Positions 28,225 through 37,845 of a DNA stretch of 57,098 bases are shown here, one piece after another (within the stretch, counting starts at the first letter, position 1; each line of letters opens with the position of its first letter). The notes under the pieces were generated by a model that had not been told where the DNA came from, did not search any database, and saw only the letters and a list, made by a program, of their open reading frames with translations. The DNA comes from Bdellovibrionota bacterium (GTDB lineage Bacteria > Bdellovibrionota_C > UBA2361 > OMIW01): positions 1 to 57,098 of the forward strand of contig JBIJBT010000005.1 of the NCBI GenBank assembly GCA_044345055.1, read 5' to 3'. The position numbers and the translations under genes are program-made.

Positions 28225-29463
28225 ATGATAGCTGATGAAAGAGTTGAGCAATTAACAGGAAAACAGCCTCGCTCTCTACCCTTTTCCCTCTACATTCATA
28301 TTCCCTTTTGTGCTCATAAATGCCCCTACTGCGACTTTAATACCTATGCTGTTGGTCCGCAGATACCTGAGGATGAATATCTTGCAGCTCTCGCCGCTGA
28401 GCTTGATTTCCGTGCGGCTGAGCTAGCGTGGAGTGGCCGATCGATTGCTACGATTTTTTTTGGAGGTGGCTCGCCATCTTTACTCTCGGCGAGGGGAATT
28501 GTCTCATTTTTGGGTCTTATTCGGCGCTTTTTTTCGGTTGATGAGAACGCCGAGATCTCAATAGAGGTAAACCCAAACGATCCGACTCCCTCATGGTTTT
28601 CTGAAATACGCCGTGCGGGAGTGAATCGGGTGAGTCTCGGAGCACAATCATTTAATGATGAGTTGCTTAAAAAACTAGGTCGAACTCACTCCGCTGCGCA
28701 GATCTCCTCGACGATATCAGCAGCCCGGGCGGCCGGGTTTGATAATTGTAGTGTGGATCTGATGTTTGGCATACCTGGTCAAACGACGGAGCTTTTTACC
28801 CGTGATCTCCACGAAGCAATCGCTCTTAAAACTCCCCATTTATCACTTTATGGACTCACTATTGAGCCAGGGACTCCGTTTTTTCAATCAAGCAAAAGGC
28901 GGGTGCTGAAGTTACCGAGCGAACAGCTTTCAATCGAGATGATGGATAAGGCAGAGGAGCTTCTGCCCGAGGCGGGATTACATCGGTATGAGATCAGCAA
29001 TTATTCTGCTCCAAACTTCGAGGCTCGCCACAACCTTGCCTACTGGACGCGCGGTGACTATCTTGGAATCGGTGCTGGGGCGCACAGTTTCTGTTCGTCG
29101 GTTTGTGAAGAACCAAAAGTAACTGAAAAAAGCTTTGGTCGTCGCTGGTCAAATATAGCCCCTTTTCAGCTCTATCGCGACCATGTGGCGGCGTTCGGAA
29201 AAGCTGAATCGTGGGAGGAAAACCTCACTCAAGGGAATGCTATCTTCGAGGAGCTATTGCTCGGTCTTCGATTAACTTCGGGGATTAGCGGCGCCGATTG
29301 GCCAGAGAGATACGCGGTGAGTCTCACCGAGCGATACGGCACAAAGCTGAGCCATCTCGAAAAACAGGGGTTGTTGCAGTGGGATTCAGGTGCTGCAACG
29401 GTTTCAGTGACATCTCGTGGATTGCGTGTGTTTGATTCGCTGATTGAGGAGTTCTTGGAATAG
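28225..29463 (+). CDS. hemW: Radical SAM heme chaperone HemW (HemN-like)
   Basis: YIHIPFCAHKCPYCDFN, GGGSPS, YEISNY, HNLAYW, GIGAGAHS. Confidence 0.9.
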   Translation: MIADERVEQLTGKQPRSLPFSLYIHIPFCAHKCPYCDFNTYAVGPQIPEDEYLAALAAELDFRAAELAWSGRSIATIFFGGGSPSLLSARGIVSFLGLIRRFFSVDENAEISIEVNPNDPTPSWFSEIRRAGVNRVSLGAQSFNDELLKKLGRTHSAAQISSTISAARAAGFDNCSVDLMFGIPGQTTELFTRDLHEAIALKTPHLSLYGLTIEPGTPFFQSSKRRVLKLPSEQLSIEMMDKAEELLPEAGLHRYEISNYSAPNFEARHNLAYWTRGDYLGIGAGAHSFCSSVCEEPKVTEKSFGRRWSNIAPFQLYRDHVAAFGKAESWEENLTQGNAIFEELLLGLRLTSGISGADWPERYAVSLTERYGTKLSHLEKQGLLQWDSGAATVSVTSRGLRVFDSLIEEFLE

Positions 29464-29594
29464 TCGAAATTTGCCATTCAGTTTGATTCTGAGCGGGGAT
29501 GAGGGTGGAGTATCGTTGATACTTCGAACAATCAGAAGTATCCTTACCTCAACCTTACAGAGCGTTCCCTTAAAAAACTCTTCAGGAGCTCGCC

Positions 29595-30764
29595 GTGATA
29601 AACTCCTCTTCCGACTCGGCACAACCCAGTGCCTGCCGCTTTTGCGGCGAGACTCTCCTGCACTCAGACAACTTTTGTCGGCGCTGCGGAAAGGCCGTAA
29701 AAACGACCTCCCCGAAACGGCTTCGTGCATTGGTAGCGGCGAGTGTCGGAACAACAGTGGTCCTTGTAATCGTTTCAATGTATGGAACCTCCATCATTCA
29801 ACGATCAAATGGAAGTAGTGTTAAGCCAAAAGCATCCTCGCACGAAAATCCTCACGAGAGAGCCAAAGAGGGAGGAGTGCCCAGCGTATCGGAGGTCGCG
29901 TTAGCAAAAGACCCCGCGATGTCGCAGCTACTTGAACGGGCCCGCTCAGCACCGCAAGATCCTGAACCGTGGCGCGCCCTCGGCAGGGCACTTTTAACGG
30001 AGATAGCCGCGGCTCCAAGCTCCACTGAGATTCAATTTGATGCCCTCGATATCTTTAGCTACCTTTTGACAATATCACCCGATGATCCTTTGGCTCTTCG
30101 TGCATTGGGAGATCTCTGTTTCGACCAGCGACTCTTCCCGAAATCGTTGAGCTACTACGAGCGATACCTAAAACTTAACCCGCAAGATCACGAAATTCGC
30201 TCGCGTCGCGCGAGCACTCTAACCTTTGTGGGGCGAGCTGATGAAGCGGTATCTGAGCTTACCGATGTGGTAAAGCATCAACCTGATGCGTTTCAGCCGC
30301 TTGCCTATCTCTCAATCGCTCTCTCTCAAAAGGGTGATATATCGCAGGCGCGGATTGTAGGTGAGCAGGCTCTAGCAAAGGCGCCATCCGCGGAAGCGCG
30401 CGAGCGGTTCCAGCAATTTCTCTCAGGGTTAACGGCAGCTCAGGAAGTAAAAACTGAAGCTAAAGAGATGCCTCAGCAGATATCGGAAGGGTCAACGTGG
30501 TTAGTATCGCTTCGCGATACGATAAAAAATAATCCGATAGCAGGACCCAAATTTGACGATCTCTCTTTTTCGTCGTCAGACAAAGCGGTCACTCTTTTAT
30601 TTAGCAACTTTCCGATGGAGGGGATGCCCCCCTTTGCTCGAACAAAGTTTATATCATCGATTACCAATAGCATTCCCGCGGGTTCTGCAGGATCCCTCAT
30701 CTTTCGAGATAAAGAATCGGGAAGGGTGATGCATACTGAAAATATCTCAGAAGCTACGCGATAA
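29595..30764 (+). CDS. Zinc-ribbon + TM + TPR protein
   Basis: CRFC...CRRC N-terminus, one TM helix, TPR-like helical repeats. Confidence 0.75.
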   Translation: MINSSSDSAQPSACRFCGETLLHSDNFCRRCGKAVKTTSPKRLRALVAASVGTTVVLVIVSMYGTSIIQRSNGSSVKPKASSHENPHERAKEGGVPSVSEVALAKDPAMSQLLERARSAPQDPEPWRALGRALLTEIAAAPSSTEIQFDALDIFSYLLTISPDDPLALRALGDLCFDQRLFPKSLSYYERYLKLNPQDHEIRSRRASTLTFVGRADEAVSELTDVVKHQPDAFQPLAYLSIALSQKGDISQARIVGEQALAKAPSAEARERFQQFLSGLTAAQEVKTEAKEMPQQISEGSTWLVSLRDTIKNNPIAGPKFDDLSFSSSDKAVTLLFSNFPMEGMPPFARTKFISSITNSIPAGSAGSLIFRDKESGRVMHTENISEATR

Positions 30765-30784
30765 TTTAGGGAGAATCATCCGAT

Positions 30785-31429
30785 ATGAATAGACGACTTG
30801 TCATTTTTCTATCTTCTCTTCTTCTGACAATTTTCATGGTTGGCTGCTCATCGCTCTATTACGCGACTTGGGAGCAGTTCGGAAAAGAAAAACGGGATCT
30901 GTTGCGTGATAGTGTTGTAACTGCGCGTCATGAACAGAAAGAGGCGGGTCGTCAATTTCGAGATGCTCTTACGCAGCTTCAGCAATCATATCTTGTCACT
31001 CCAACGCAACTTCAGGGGCGGTATGAACAGCTAAAAGAACAACATCGTAAGCTGACAAGCAGATACGATGCTCTCGATACGCGCATAACCAAACTCAATA
31101 ACATAGCCACCGATCTCTTTCAGGAATGGCGCGAGGAGGCTGACACGATAGGGAATCGTTCGTTCCGCCAACAGAGTCTGGATCAGCTCGCTGAGACACG
31201 GGCCCGCTATACGGCTATGCGGTCTGCCCTAGTGCGAACTCAGGACCGTTGTCGGCCAGTTCTTAAAAAATTGAATGATTATGTGCTCTTCCTTAAGCAC
31301 AATCTTAATGCCCGAGCGATTGGAGCTCTTCAGGGCGAGGCAGACGATGTCATCGAAGGATTGACCGAGCTGATTGATGAGATGAATCAATCTATTGCTG
31401 AAACCGATGCATTCATCGAGACGCTCTAG
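30785..31429 (+). CDS. DUF2959-like coiled-coil lipoprotein
   Basis: VGC lipobox, YYATWEQFGKEKRDLL, LFLKHNLNARAI, EMNQSIAETDAFI. Confidence 0.8.
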   Translation: MNRRLVIFLSSLLLTIFMVGCSSLYYATWEQFGKEKRDLLRDSVVTARHEQKEAGRQFRDALTQLQQSYLVTPTQLQGRYEQLKEQHRKLTSRYDALDTRITKLNNIATDLFQEWREEADTIGNRSFRQQSLDQLAETRARYTAMRSALVRTQDRCRPVLKKLNDYVLFLKHNLNARAIGALQGEADDVIEGLTELIDEMNQSIAETDAFIETL

Positions 31430-31568
31430 CATTTATTTAAGAGTAACTGTTCAGCAATAAGCAGCCGATGAATGATCGCCGAGTCGTTCCAAGTATTCAA
31501 TAATTGACCGACAGTAATTCAGACCATTAAAACTTAGCTCAACAGCATTCCTTGAAGGAATTATCCTG

Positions 31569-34500
31569 ATGACTGATACCGTACTTTTTTTTGAGGGCGC
31601 TTCAGCTCTTTCTCCTTTTCGGATTGAGGCGCTGATCCGGGAGATAAGAAATCGGGAAAAAGATCTGTGCATTGAGAAAGTTGAGGCGGTGCAGGTTTTT
31701 GCGGTGCGTTTGGAAGGGAGTAAAGTCGTTGAGATCGATTCTCTCCAACGACTACTCGGGGCGACTCGTCTCACAGGTGGCAATAGTGATGGATCGTCAT
31801 TCTTTGTTATGCCTCGGCGAGGAACTATCTCGCCTTGGTCATCAAAATCGACTGAGATTGTGCACCGGTGTGGATTTGGGGCGGTAAAAAGGGTTGAGCT
31901 CGGAATCCGTTTTTTGATCGTCGGGTCTAATGGGTCGGTGGAAAGAGGGTATTTGGGGAGTGCGACCCCTCTTTTTTATGATCGCATGACTCAGGAGATG
32001 TTCGATACTCTCGACGATTATTTCGATGATCAATCTCCCGTAGATGGCCGTTCGTTTGATCTCATCGGACGGGAACGTGTGGCTCTTGAAGATGCCAATA
32101 CGGAATTTGGATTGGCACTCAGTGATGACGAGATAACCTATCTCGCTGCCACGTATAACAATCTGGGTCGAAATCCAACCGATACCGAGCTGATGATGTT
32201 TGGGCAGGTTAATTCTGAACACTGCCGTCACAAGATATTTAATGCTTCGTGGGTGATCGATGGAAGACCGATGGAGGGGTCGCTCTTTGATATGATCAAG
32301 ACGACTCATCGACGTAATCCGAACGGTACCCGTATCGCCTATGCCGATAATTCGGGATGCATCGAGGGTTTTTCTGCGGAGGTTTTTGAACGGAGTCGGA
32401 GATCGGGTTATTCCTACGAGTTCGGGACTGACCAGATCGATATTATAATGAAGGTCGAAACCCATAATCATCCGACTGCGATAGCGCCGCATCCGGGGGC
32501 GGGGACAGGAGTTGGTGGCGAGATTCGGGATGAGGGATCGACCGGACGAGGTTCTCGCAGCAAGGCGGGGCTCAGCGCGTTTCTAGTTTCTCACCTCCGG
32601 ATCCCCGGTTTCCGTCAGCCGTGGGAGACCGATCGATATGCCCATCCATCACGAATAGCAACACCACTCCAAATTATGCTAGAGGGGCCAATTGGAGGTG
32701 CGGCATTTAGTAACGAGTTTGGGAGACCTCAACTATGCGGAGTTTTCCGGAGTTTTGAGGCTTTTGTTGGAGAAGTTCACTGGGGATATCACAAACCGAT
32801 AATGGTCGCCGGTGGTGTGGGAAGTATTCGTCGTCAGCACGAAGAAAAGGAAGAGCTTGAGGTTGGTGCATATATCATTCAACTGGGAGGGCCTGCTCTC
32901 AGGATCGGAATAGGAGGAGGAGCCGCCTCCTCAATGAGCTCCGGAACCAATCAGGAAGATCTCGATTTTAATTCGGTGCAACGCGCCAATCCTGAGATGC
33001 AGCGTCGCTGCCAAGAGGTTATCGATGGATGCGTAGCCTTGGGCGCTGCAAATCCAATTCGTTCGATTCACGATGTGGGTGCGGGAGGATTGTCGAACGC
33101 CTGTCCCGAGTTAGTAGATAAAACTGGAGCAACGCTCGCTTTGCGCTCTGTTCACAACCAAGAACCATCGATGTCGCCGATGGAGGTTTGGTGTAATGAA
33201 GCGCAGGAGCGATACGTTCTGGCTATATTGCCGGCGGACCTGCACGTTTTCGAGGAGATTTGTCGCCGAGAGCGATGCCCCTTCGCGATTTTAGGAGTTG
33301 CAAGATCTGATCGTCGCCTCGTTGTTGAGGATGAATACTTTGGAAATACGCCGGTTGACCTTCCTCTTGATGCTCTTTTTGGTAAGCCACCCCGATTGGT
33401 GCGAGAAGCTAAAAGAGAACAGGTAGCGGTACGATCATTTAGACCTACTGGAAGCATTCGAGAAGCAGTCGAAGCTCTTCTTCGCTTTCCTGCGATAGCG
33501 AGGAAAAATTTTCTTATCACGATCGGAGATAGAAGTGTCGGAGGTCTAGTCTCGCGTGATCAGATGGTTGGTCCATTTCAGACACCGATTGCTGATTGTG
33601 CGGTTACGATGACGGGATTTCGGGCCACAACTGGTGAGGCTATGGCGATGGGCGAGCGTCCAGCTATTGCTGTGGTAGATGCTGCAGCTTCTGCAAGAAT
33701 GGCAGTTGGAGAGGCGATAACAAATATAATGAGCGCACGAATTGGGTCGCTAGGTGATATCAAGCTTTCGGCAAACTGGATGGCGGCGTGCGGTGAAGCT
33801 GGTCAGGATGCTGCTCTATGGGATGCGGTTTCGGGAATTACCGAACGATTCTGCTCATCGCTCGGGGTATCTATTCCTGTCGGAAAGGATTCCCTGTCGA
33901 TGAAAAGCGTGTGGAGTGATGATGGGAAAGAGCGGCGGGTTGTAAGTCCGGTGAGTCTTGTTGTTAGCGCGTTTGCGCCGGTTCAAGATACCGAAAAAAC
34001 GCTAACTCCCGATCTGAAAGGACGCGAGGAGAGTTCTCTTATCTTCATCGACCTAGCCGGAGGTCATCGTCGTCTCGGCGGTTCAGCCCTTGCTCAAATT
34101 AGAGGCGAGTTGGGAGGAGATGTTCCGGATATCGATGATGAAAAGTTGTTGCAAGAGGGATTTGAGCTTATTCAGGAGCTCAATGATGCAGGCCTTGCAC
34201 TCTCTTATCATGATAGGTCAGATGGAGGTCTTTTAATTACCCTACTTGAGATGGCTTTTGGAGCTCGGTGTGGTCTTTCGATAGATCTCTCATTTTTAGG
34301 GGCTCAGCTATCAGGTGAAGACGCACTCGCCTTTCTATTCAACGAAGAACTAGGATTCGTTGTTGAGGTGCCATCTGAAAAAATTGCTGATGTTAATGGG
34401 ATTATAAATCGCCGTAAACGTATTACCGGAGAGGTAGTTGGGCGACCAATTTTAGAGCGTCGTGTCACGATTTCTCATCTTGGAAATGAGCTATTCAGCG

Positions 34501-35456
34501 AAGGAGAGCCTACACTCAATCGGATATGGTCCGAACTATCAAATCAGATGCAGCGGCTGCGCGACAATCCTATTTGCGCTGATGAAGAGTTTCAGGAATG
34601 GTCTAATCCAGAGGCGATCGGATTGATTGCGCGTCTAACCTTCGATCCCGAAAAAGCTCCAGCCCTAATCGGTGGAGCACGGCCTCGAGTTGCTCTTCTA
34701 CGAGAACAGGGTGTGAACGGTCATGTTGAAATGGCAGCGGCATTCCACGAAGCTGGCTTTGATAGTGTCGATGTTCACATGTCGGATCTGATATCAGGAG
34801 CTGTTTCGCTAGCTGGAATGAAGGGAGTTGTTGGTTGCGGAGGATTTTCTTACGGGGATGTTTTGGGCGCAGGAGTAGGTTGGGCGCAATCTATTCTTTA
34901 TAATACCCAATTAAGAGAGCTGTTCGAACAATTCTTCTCTCGCCCTGATACATTTACGCTCGGGGTGTGTAATGGTTGCCAAATGATATCCCAGTTAAAA
35001 GAGATAATTCCGGGAGCGGATGCGTGGCCTCGATTCGTGCGGAATAAGAGCGAACAATTTGAGGGTCGACTATCTATCGTTGAGGTGGTCCGCTCTCCAT
35101 CGGTTCTTCTGGCTGGAATGGATGGTTCCGTGTTGCCTATTCCTGTAGCGCACGGAGAAGGATTAGTTGATTTTGGGGAGTTCCGATATCAGAATAATAG
35201 CAAAAATTCTGAACTTATCGGGATGCGATTTGTAAATGACAGGGGAGTCCCGACTGAAAAGTACCCAGCTAATCCGAACGGTTCACTTAATGGTGCTACC
35301 TGCTTCACTACTAATGATGGGCGAGCAACTATTATGATGCCACACCCAGAACGCGCGTTCGGGGCTCGTCAGCTCTCATATAATCCAGGCGGTGTATTTC
35401 GTCGGTGGGGGCCTTGGTTCCGCTTGTTCCAGAACGCGCGTGCGTTTGTAGATTAA
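31569..35456 (+). CDS. purL: Phosphoribosylformylglycinamidine synthase (large single-chain type)
   Basis: NSEHCRHKIFNA, KVETHNHPTAI, HDVGAGGLSN, GKDSLSM, GVCNGCQ, MMPHPER. Confidence 0.98.
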   Translation: MTDTVLFFEGASALSPFRIEALIREIRNREKDLCIEKVEAVQVFAVRLEGSKVVEIDSLQRLLGATRLTGGNSDGSSFFVMPRRGTISPWSSKSTEIVHRCGFGAVKRVELGIRFLIVGSNGSVERGYLGSATPLFYDRMTQEMFDTLDDYFDDQSPVDGRSFDLIGRERVALEDANTEFGLALSDDEITYLAATYNNLGRNPTDTELMMFGQVNSEHCRHKIFNASWVIDGRPMEGSLFDMIKTTHRRNPNGTRIAYADNSGCIEGFSAEVFERSRRSGYSYEFGTDQIDIIMKVETHNHPTAIAPHPGAGTGVGGEIRDEGSTGRGSRSKAGLSAFLVSHLRIPGFRQPWETDRYAHPSRIATPLQIMLEGPIGGAAFSNEFGRPQLCGVFRSFEAFVGEVHWGYHKPIMVAGGVGSIRRQHEEKEELEVGAYIIQLGGPALRIGIGGGAASSMSSGTNQEDLDFNSVQRANPEMQRRCQEVIDGCVALGAANPIRSIHDVGAGGLSNACPELVDKTGATLALRSVHNQEPSMSPMEVWCNEAQERYVLAILPADLHVFEEICRRERCPFAILGVARSDRRLVVEDEYFGNTPVDLPLDALFGKPPRLVREAKREQVAVRSFRPTGSIREAVEALLRFPAIARKNFLITIGDRSVGGLVSRDQMVGPFQTPIADCAVTMTGFRATTGEAMAMGERPAIAVVDAAASARMAVGEAITNIMSARIGSLGDIKLSANWMAACGEAGQDAALWDAVSGITERFCSSLGVSIPVGKDSLSMKSVWSDDGKERRVVSPVSLVVSAFAPVQDTEKTLTPDLKGREESSLIFIDLAGGHRRLGGSALAQIRGELGGDVPDIDDEKLLQEGFELIQELNDAGLALSYHDRSDGGLLITLLEMAFGARCGLSIDLSFLGAQLSGEDALAFLFNEELGFVVEVPSEKIADVNGIINRRKRITGEVVGRPILERRVTISHLGNELFSEGEPTLNRIWSELSNQMQRLRDNPICADEEFQEWSNPEAIGLIARLTFDPEKAPALIGGARPRVALLREQGVNGHVEMAAAFHEAGFDSVDVHMSDLISGAVSLAGMKGVVGCGGFSYGDVLGAGVGWAQSILYNTQLRELFEQFFSRPDTFTLGVCNGCQMISQLKEIIPGADAWPRFVRNKSEQFEGRLSIVEVVRSPSVLLAGMDGSVLPIPVAHGEGLVDFGEFRYQNNSKNSELIGMRFVNDRGVPTEKYPANPNGSLNGATCFTTNDGRATIMMPHPERAFGARQLSYNPGGVFRRWGPWFRLFQNARAFVD

Positions 35457-35470
35457 GAATGGTCAGATTG

Positions 35471-35517
35471 AAAAAAAGAGCGCCGTCAGCTTCCGAGGCC
35501 AGAAGCTGACGGCGCTC
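35471..35517 (-). terminator. Intrinsic terminator between convergent genes
   Basis: 16-bp stem GAGCGCCGTCAGCTTC/GAAGCTGACGGCGCTC with adjacent A7 tract (U-tract on minus strand). Confidence 0.85.
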
Positions 35518-35531
35518 AATGTCGGGCCCGT

Positions 35532-36116
35532 TTATTGAGCTCGCGAACCCTTCCTTTTGGCACCAGCCTTTCCAGCAATTTTAGTCGCAAGCGGACGGGT
35601 AGCTCCATTAGTTAGCGGTCTACCTCTTTTTGCCGATAAGGCTTTTCCGATTTTAATCGAGGCCTTTTTACCTGAATTTCCGTTCGAAAGGATAGTTCGC
35701 ATTTCGAGGGAGGATTTGCGTCCGTTGGATCTCTTCGGTTCAGCTTTTGCTACCAATGCCTGAAAGCGTCGAATCCGCTGCAATTCGTTGTTGAGCTCGG
35801 CTTCTCGTCGAATTAGAACTTTGTTTAGCTCGCTATTCGACACTGCCATAGCAGGAATCATCGATACGACTCCCTCGGAAAGTTGGAGTCCGTTTTTCTC
35901 TGAGGCTGATTTTCGGCCCCTTTTCCCCGGAATATACTGCCCGCCAGCATATTTATTAATCCATCCCTTGAGGGTATTTCCGCCCTTGATGTCGTGTAAT
36001 TTTCGCGCCTCTGCAAGGGTGATCTTTCCCATCGAGATCGCAATAGCAACCTCTTTTTTGAGCTGTTCCGAGAATCTCTTGCCGGTATCGCCTCTGGTAT
36101 TGTTAATTGATCTCAT
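35532..36116 (-). CDS. HTH (IS3 OrfA-like) + coiled-coil + basic AT-hook-like tail protein
   Basis: RFSEQLKKEVA...TLAEARKLHDIKGGNTLKGWINKY HTH; KRGRK and KRGRP motifs; start uncertain (36116, 36131 or 36209). Confidence 0.65.
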   Translation of the reverse strand: MRSINNTRGDTGKRFSEQLKKEVAIAISMGKITLAEARKLHDIKGGNTLKGWINKYAGGQYIPGKRGRKSASEKNGLQLSEGVVSMIPAMAVSNSELNKVLIRREAELNNELQRIRRFQALVAKAEPKRSNGRKSSLEMRTILSNGNSGKKASIKIGKALSAKRGRPLTNGATRPLATKIAGKAGAKRKGSRAQ

Positions 36117-36678
36117 AATCTTCTGCCACATCGATAAGTACATTCTTGAGTTCGGTCTGTCTCTCTTGAGGCAGTCCAATAGGTGAAATACCGAAATTTC
36201 TCTTTTCAACTGTTAGGTATTTACCTATGTCGGAGGGGTAATGAGCTAATGGAAAGGCTTTTATTGCAGCTAAAAAAGCCGCACCTCATCTCCAAAAACA
36301 AATTGCTGCGATCCTACGAGCCGCGACGTTTTAACAGAGATCACTTCTTTACTCAAGCTAATAGAACTAGTTCAAACTTAAAAGTTAAAGGGAGAATAGT
36401 TGAGATTGGAAATGTGTGTCACAGGTAGAACTAACCTACTCACAAGGTGTTTGGAGATTTTATTCCAGAATTAGAATTTTCTTTTTGAGCGGACTTATTC
36501 TGTAGAAGCTACCGATTGGCTTTGGGGGAGGAAGGTGACGCGGTACAAAGTGTGATTGACTGTGCGTTGTATAATCGCGAAATTTATTCGCAGCATTGCT
36601 TAAGTAGAGCGTTTATTGACCTTAAGTATTGAATACATATAGCATTACTTTTGATATATACCTTATGGAAAATCCTAT

Positions 36679-37596
36679 ATGTCAAAAAAGGCACCTCTTA
36701 TCCCCGATCTTCTTCGACGCTACTGTGATGCCGTCGTAGTAGGTGACGCAACGGAGGCTCGGCAAGTTGTCGATGAAGCCGTTGCACGAGGTGTTCCTCC
36801 TCGCTCCGTCTATCTTTCAATCCTAGTTGATTCGCAGAAAGTTGTGGGCACCTTGTGGCATCAGGGTAAAATATCCGTTGCTCTGGAGCATGTGGCATCT
36901 AACATCACAATTTCTGAAATGGGCCGGATTCGCGGTGTTTTAAAGCGCCGTCCGTCCCTCGGCAAGCGTGCCGTTGTTAGCTGTGTTCAGGGTGATAACC
37001 ACCTTATAGGTGCGCGCGTAATCGCTGATTTCCTATATTTCGACGGGTGGGATGTTGATTTTCTCGGTATAGATACACCGACCGAGGATCTGAAACAATT
37101 TGTTAAGGATAGAAAAAGTGATCTGGTAGGATTGTCGTGCTCGACCACCGATCTTTTGACGGTCCTTCACGATGCCGCTAAAGGAGTAAAGGAGGTCGAT
37201 CCTCGGATTCGAGTTCTTGCTGGCGGAGCTGCTATCTCCCAAGACCGTGCCGCTCAATTAAAGGGAGATGGCATCGATGAGGTTGGATTTTCGGTTGATG
37301 ATTCCTGTGATAAAGCGCGTCAGCTCGTGGGGCTTCCGCTTGTAGCTACTAATCTGGAGCAGGTTCTTAAAGAGATTGGAGAGCGATTAACCTTTCATCG
37401 AAAAGCTCGCCGTTTTACTCAGCAGCAGGTTGCAGAACTATCTGGTCTCGACCGGGCCTATATTAGTGCCGTTGAACACGGTAAGCATAATCTAACGCTT
37501 GGTGCTCTCATTAAGCTTGCTGACGCTCTTGAGGTTGGTATTGAGGAGGTTATCCTCGGAGGAGCCTCAGATAACGGACCTAAATCAAAGGCATAA
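36679..37596 (+). CDS. Cobalamin-binding domain + C-terminal XRE HTH regulator
   Basis: W-x9-EH (GTLWHQGKISVALEH), DNHLIG, VGLS, LAGG; C-terminal TQQQVAELSGLDRAYISAVEHGKHNLTL. Confidence 0.88.
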   Translation: MSKKAPLIPDLLRRYCDAVVVGDATEARQVVDEAVARGVPPRSVYLSILVDSQKVVGTLWHQGKISVALEHVASNITISEMGRIRGVLKRRPSLGKRAVVSCVQGDNHLIGARVIADFLYFDGWDVDFLGIDTPTEDLKQFVKDRKSDLVGLSCSTTDLLTVLHDAAKGVKEVDPRIRVLAGGAAISQDRAAQLKGDGIDEVGFSVDDSCDKARQLVGLPLVATNLEQVLKEIGERLTFHRKARRFTQQQVAELSGLDRAYISAVEHGKHNLTLGALIKLADALEVGIEEVILGGASDNGPKSKA

Positions 37597-37845
37597 TAGG
37601 AAAACTGGGGATTCCTTTTGTCCTCTTTTTCATGAGTGGAATTCGGTCATTCTTCGGTAGTTGAATTTGCCCGCTATCGACTTGCACTTTAACAGCTATG
37701 TTTAGCGAACTCATTGAATTATTTCGATAGCATATCATTCATTCACGCATAGTTACTGTGGTCCTTCTTCTCGCACACGTGTATTCTTCTTCTGTCGTGG
37801 GATATGGCTAGAGGCCCATAAAAATCTCACAATTGGGGGGCTAAG

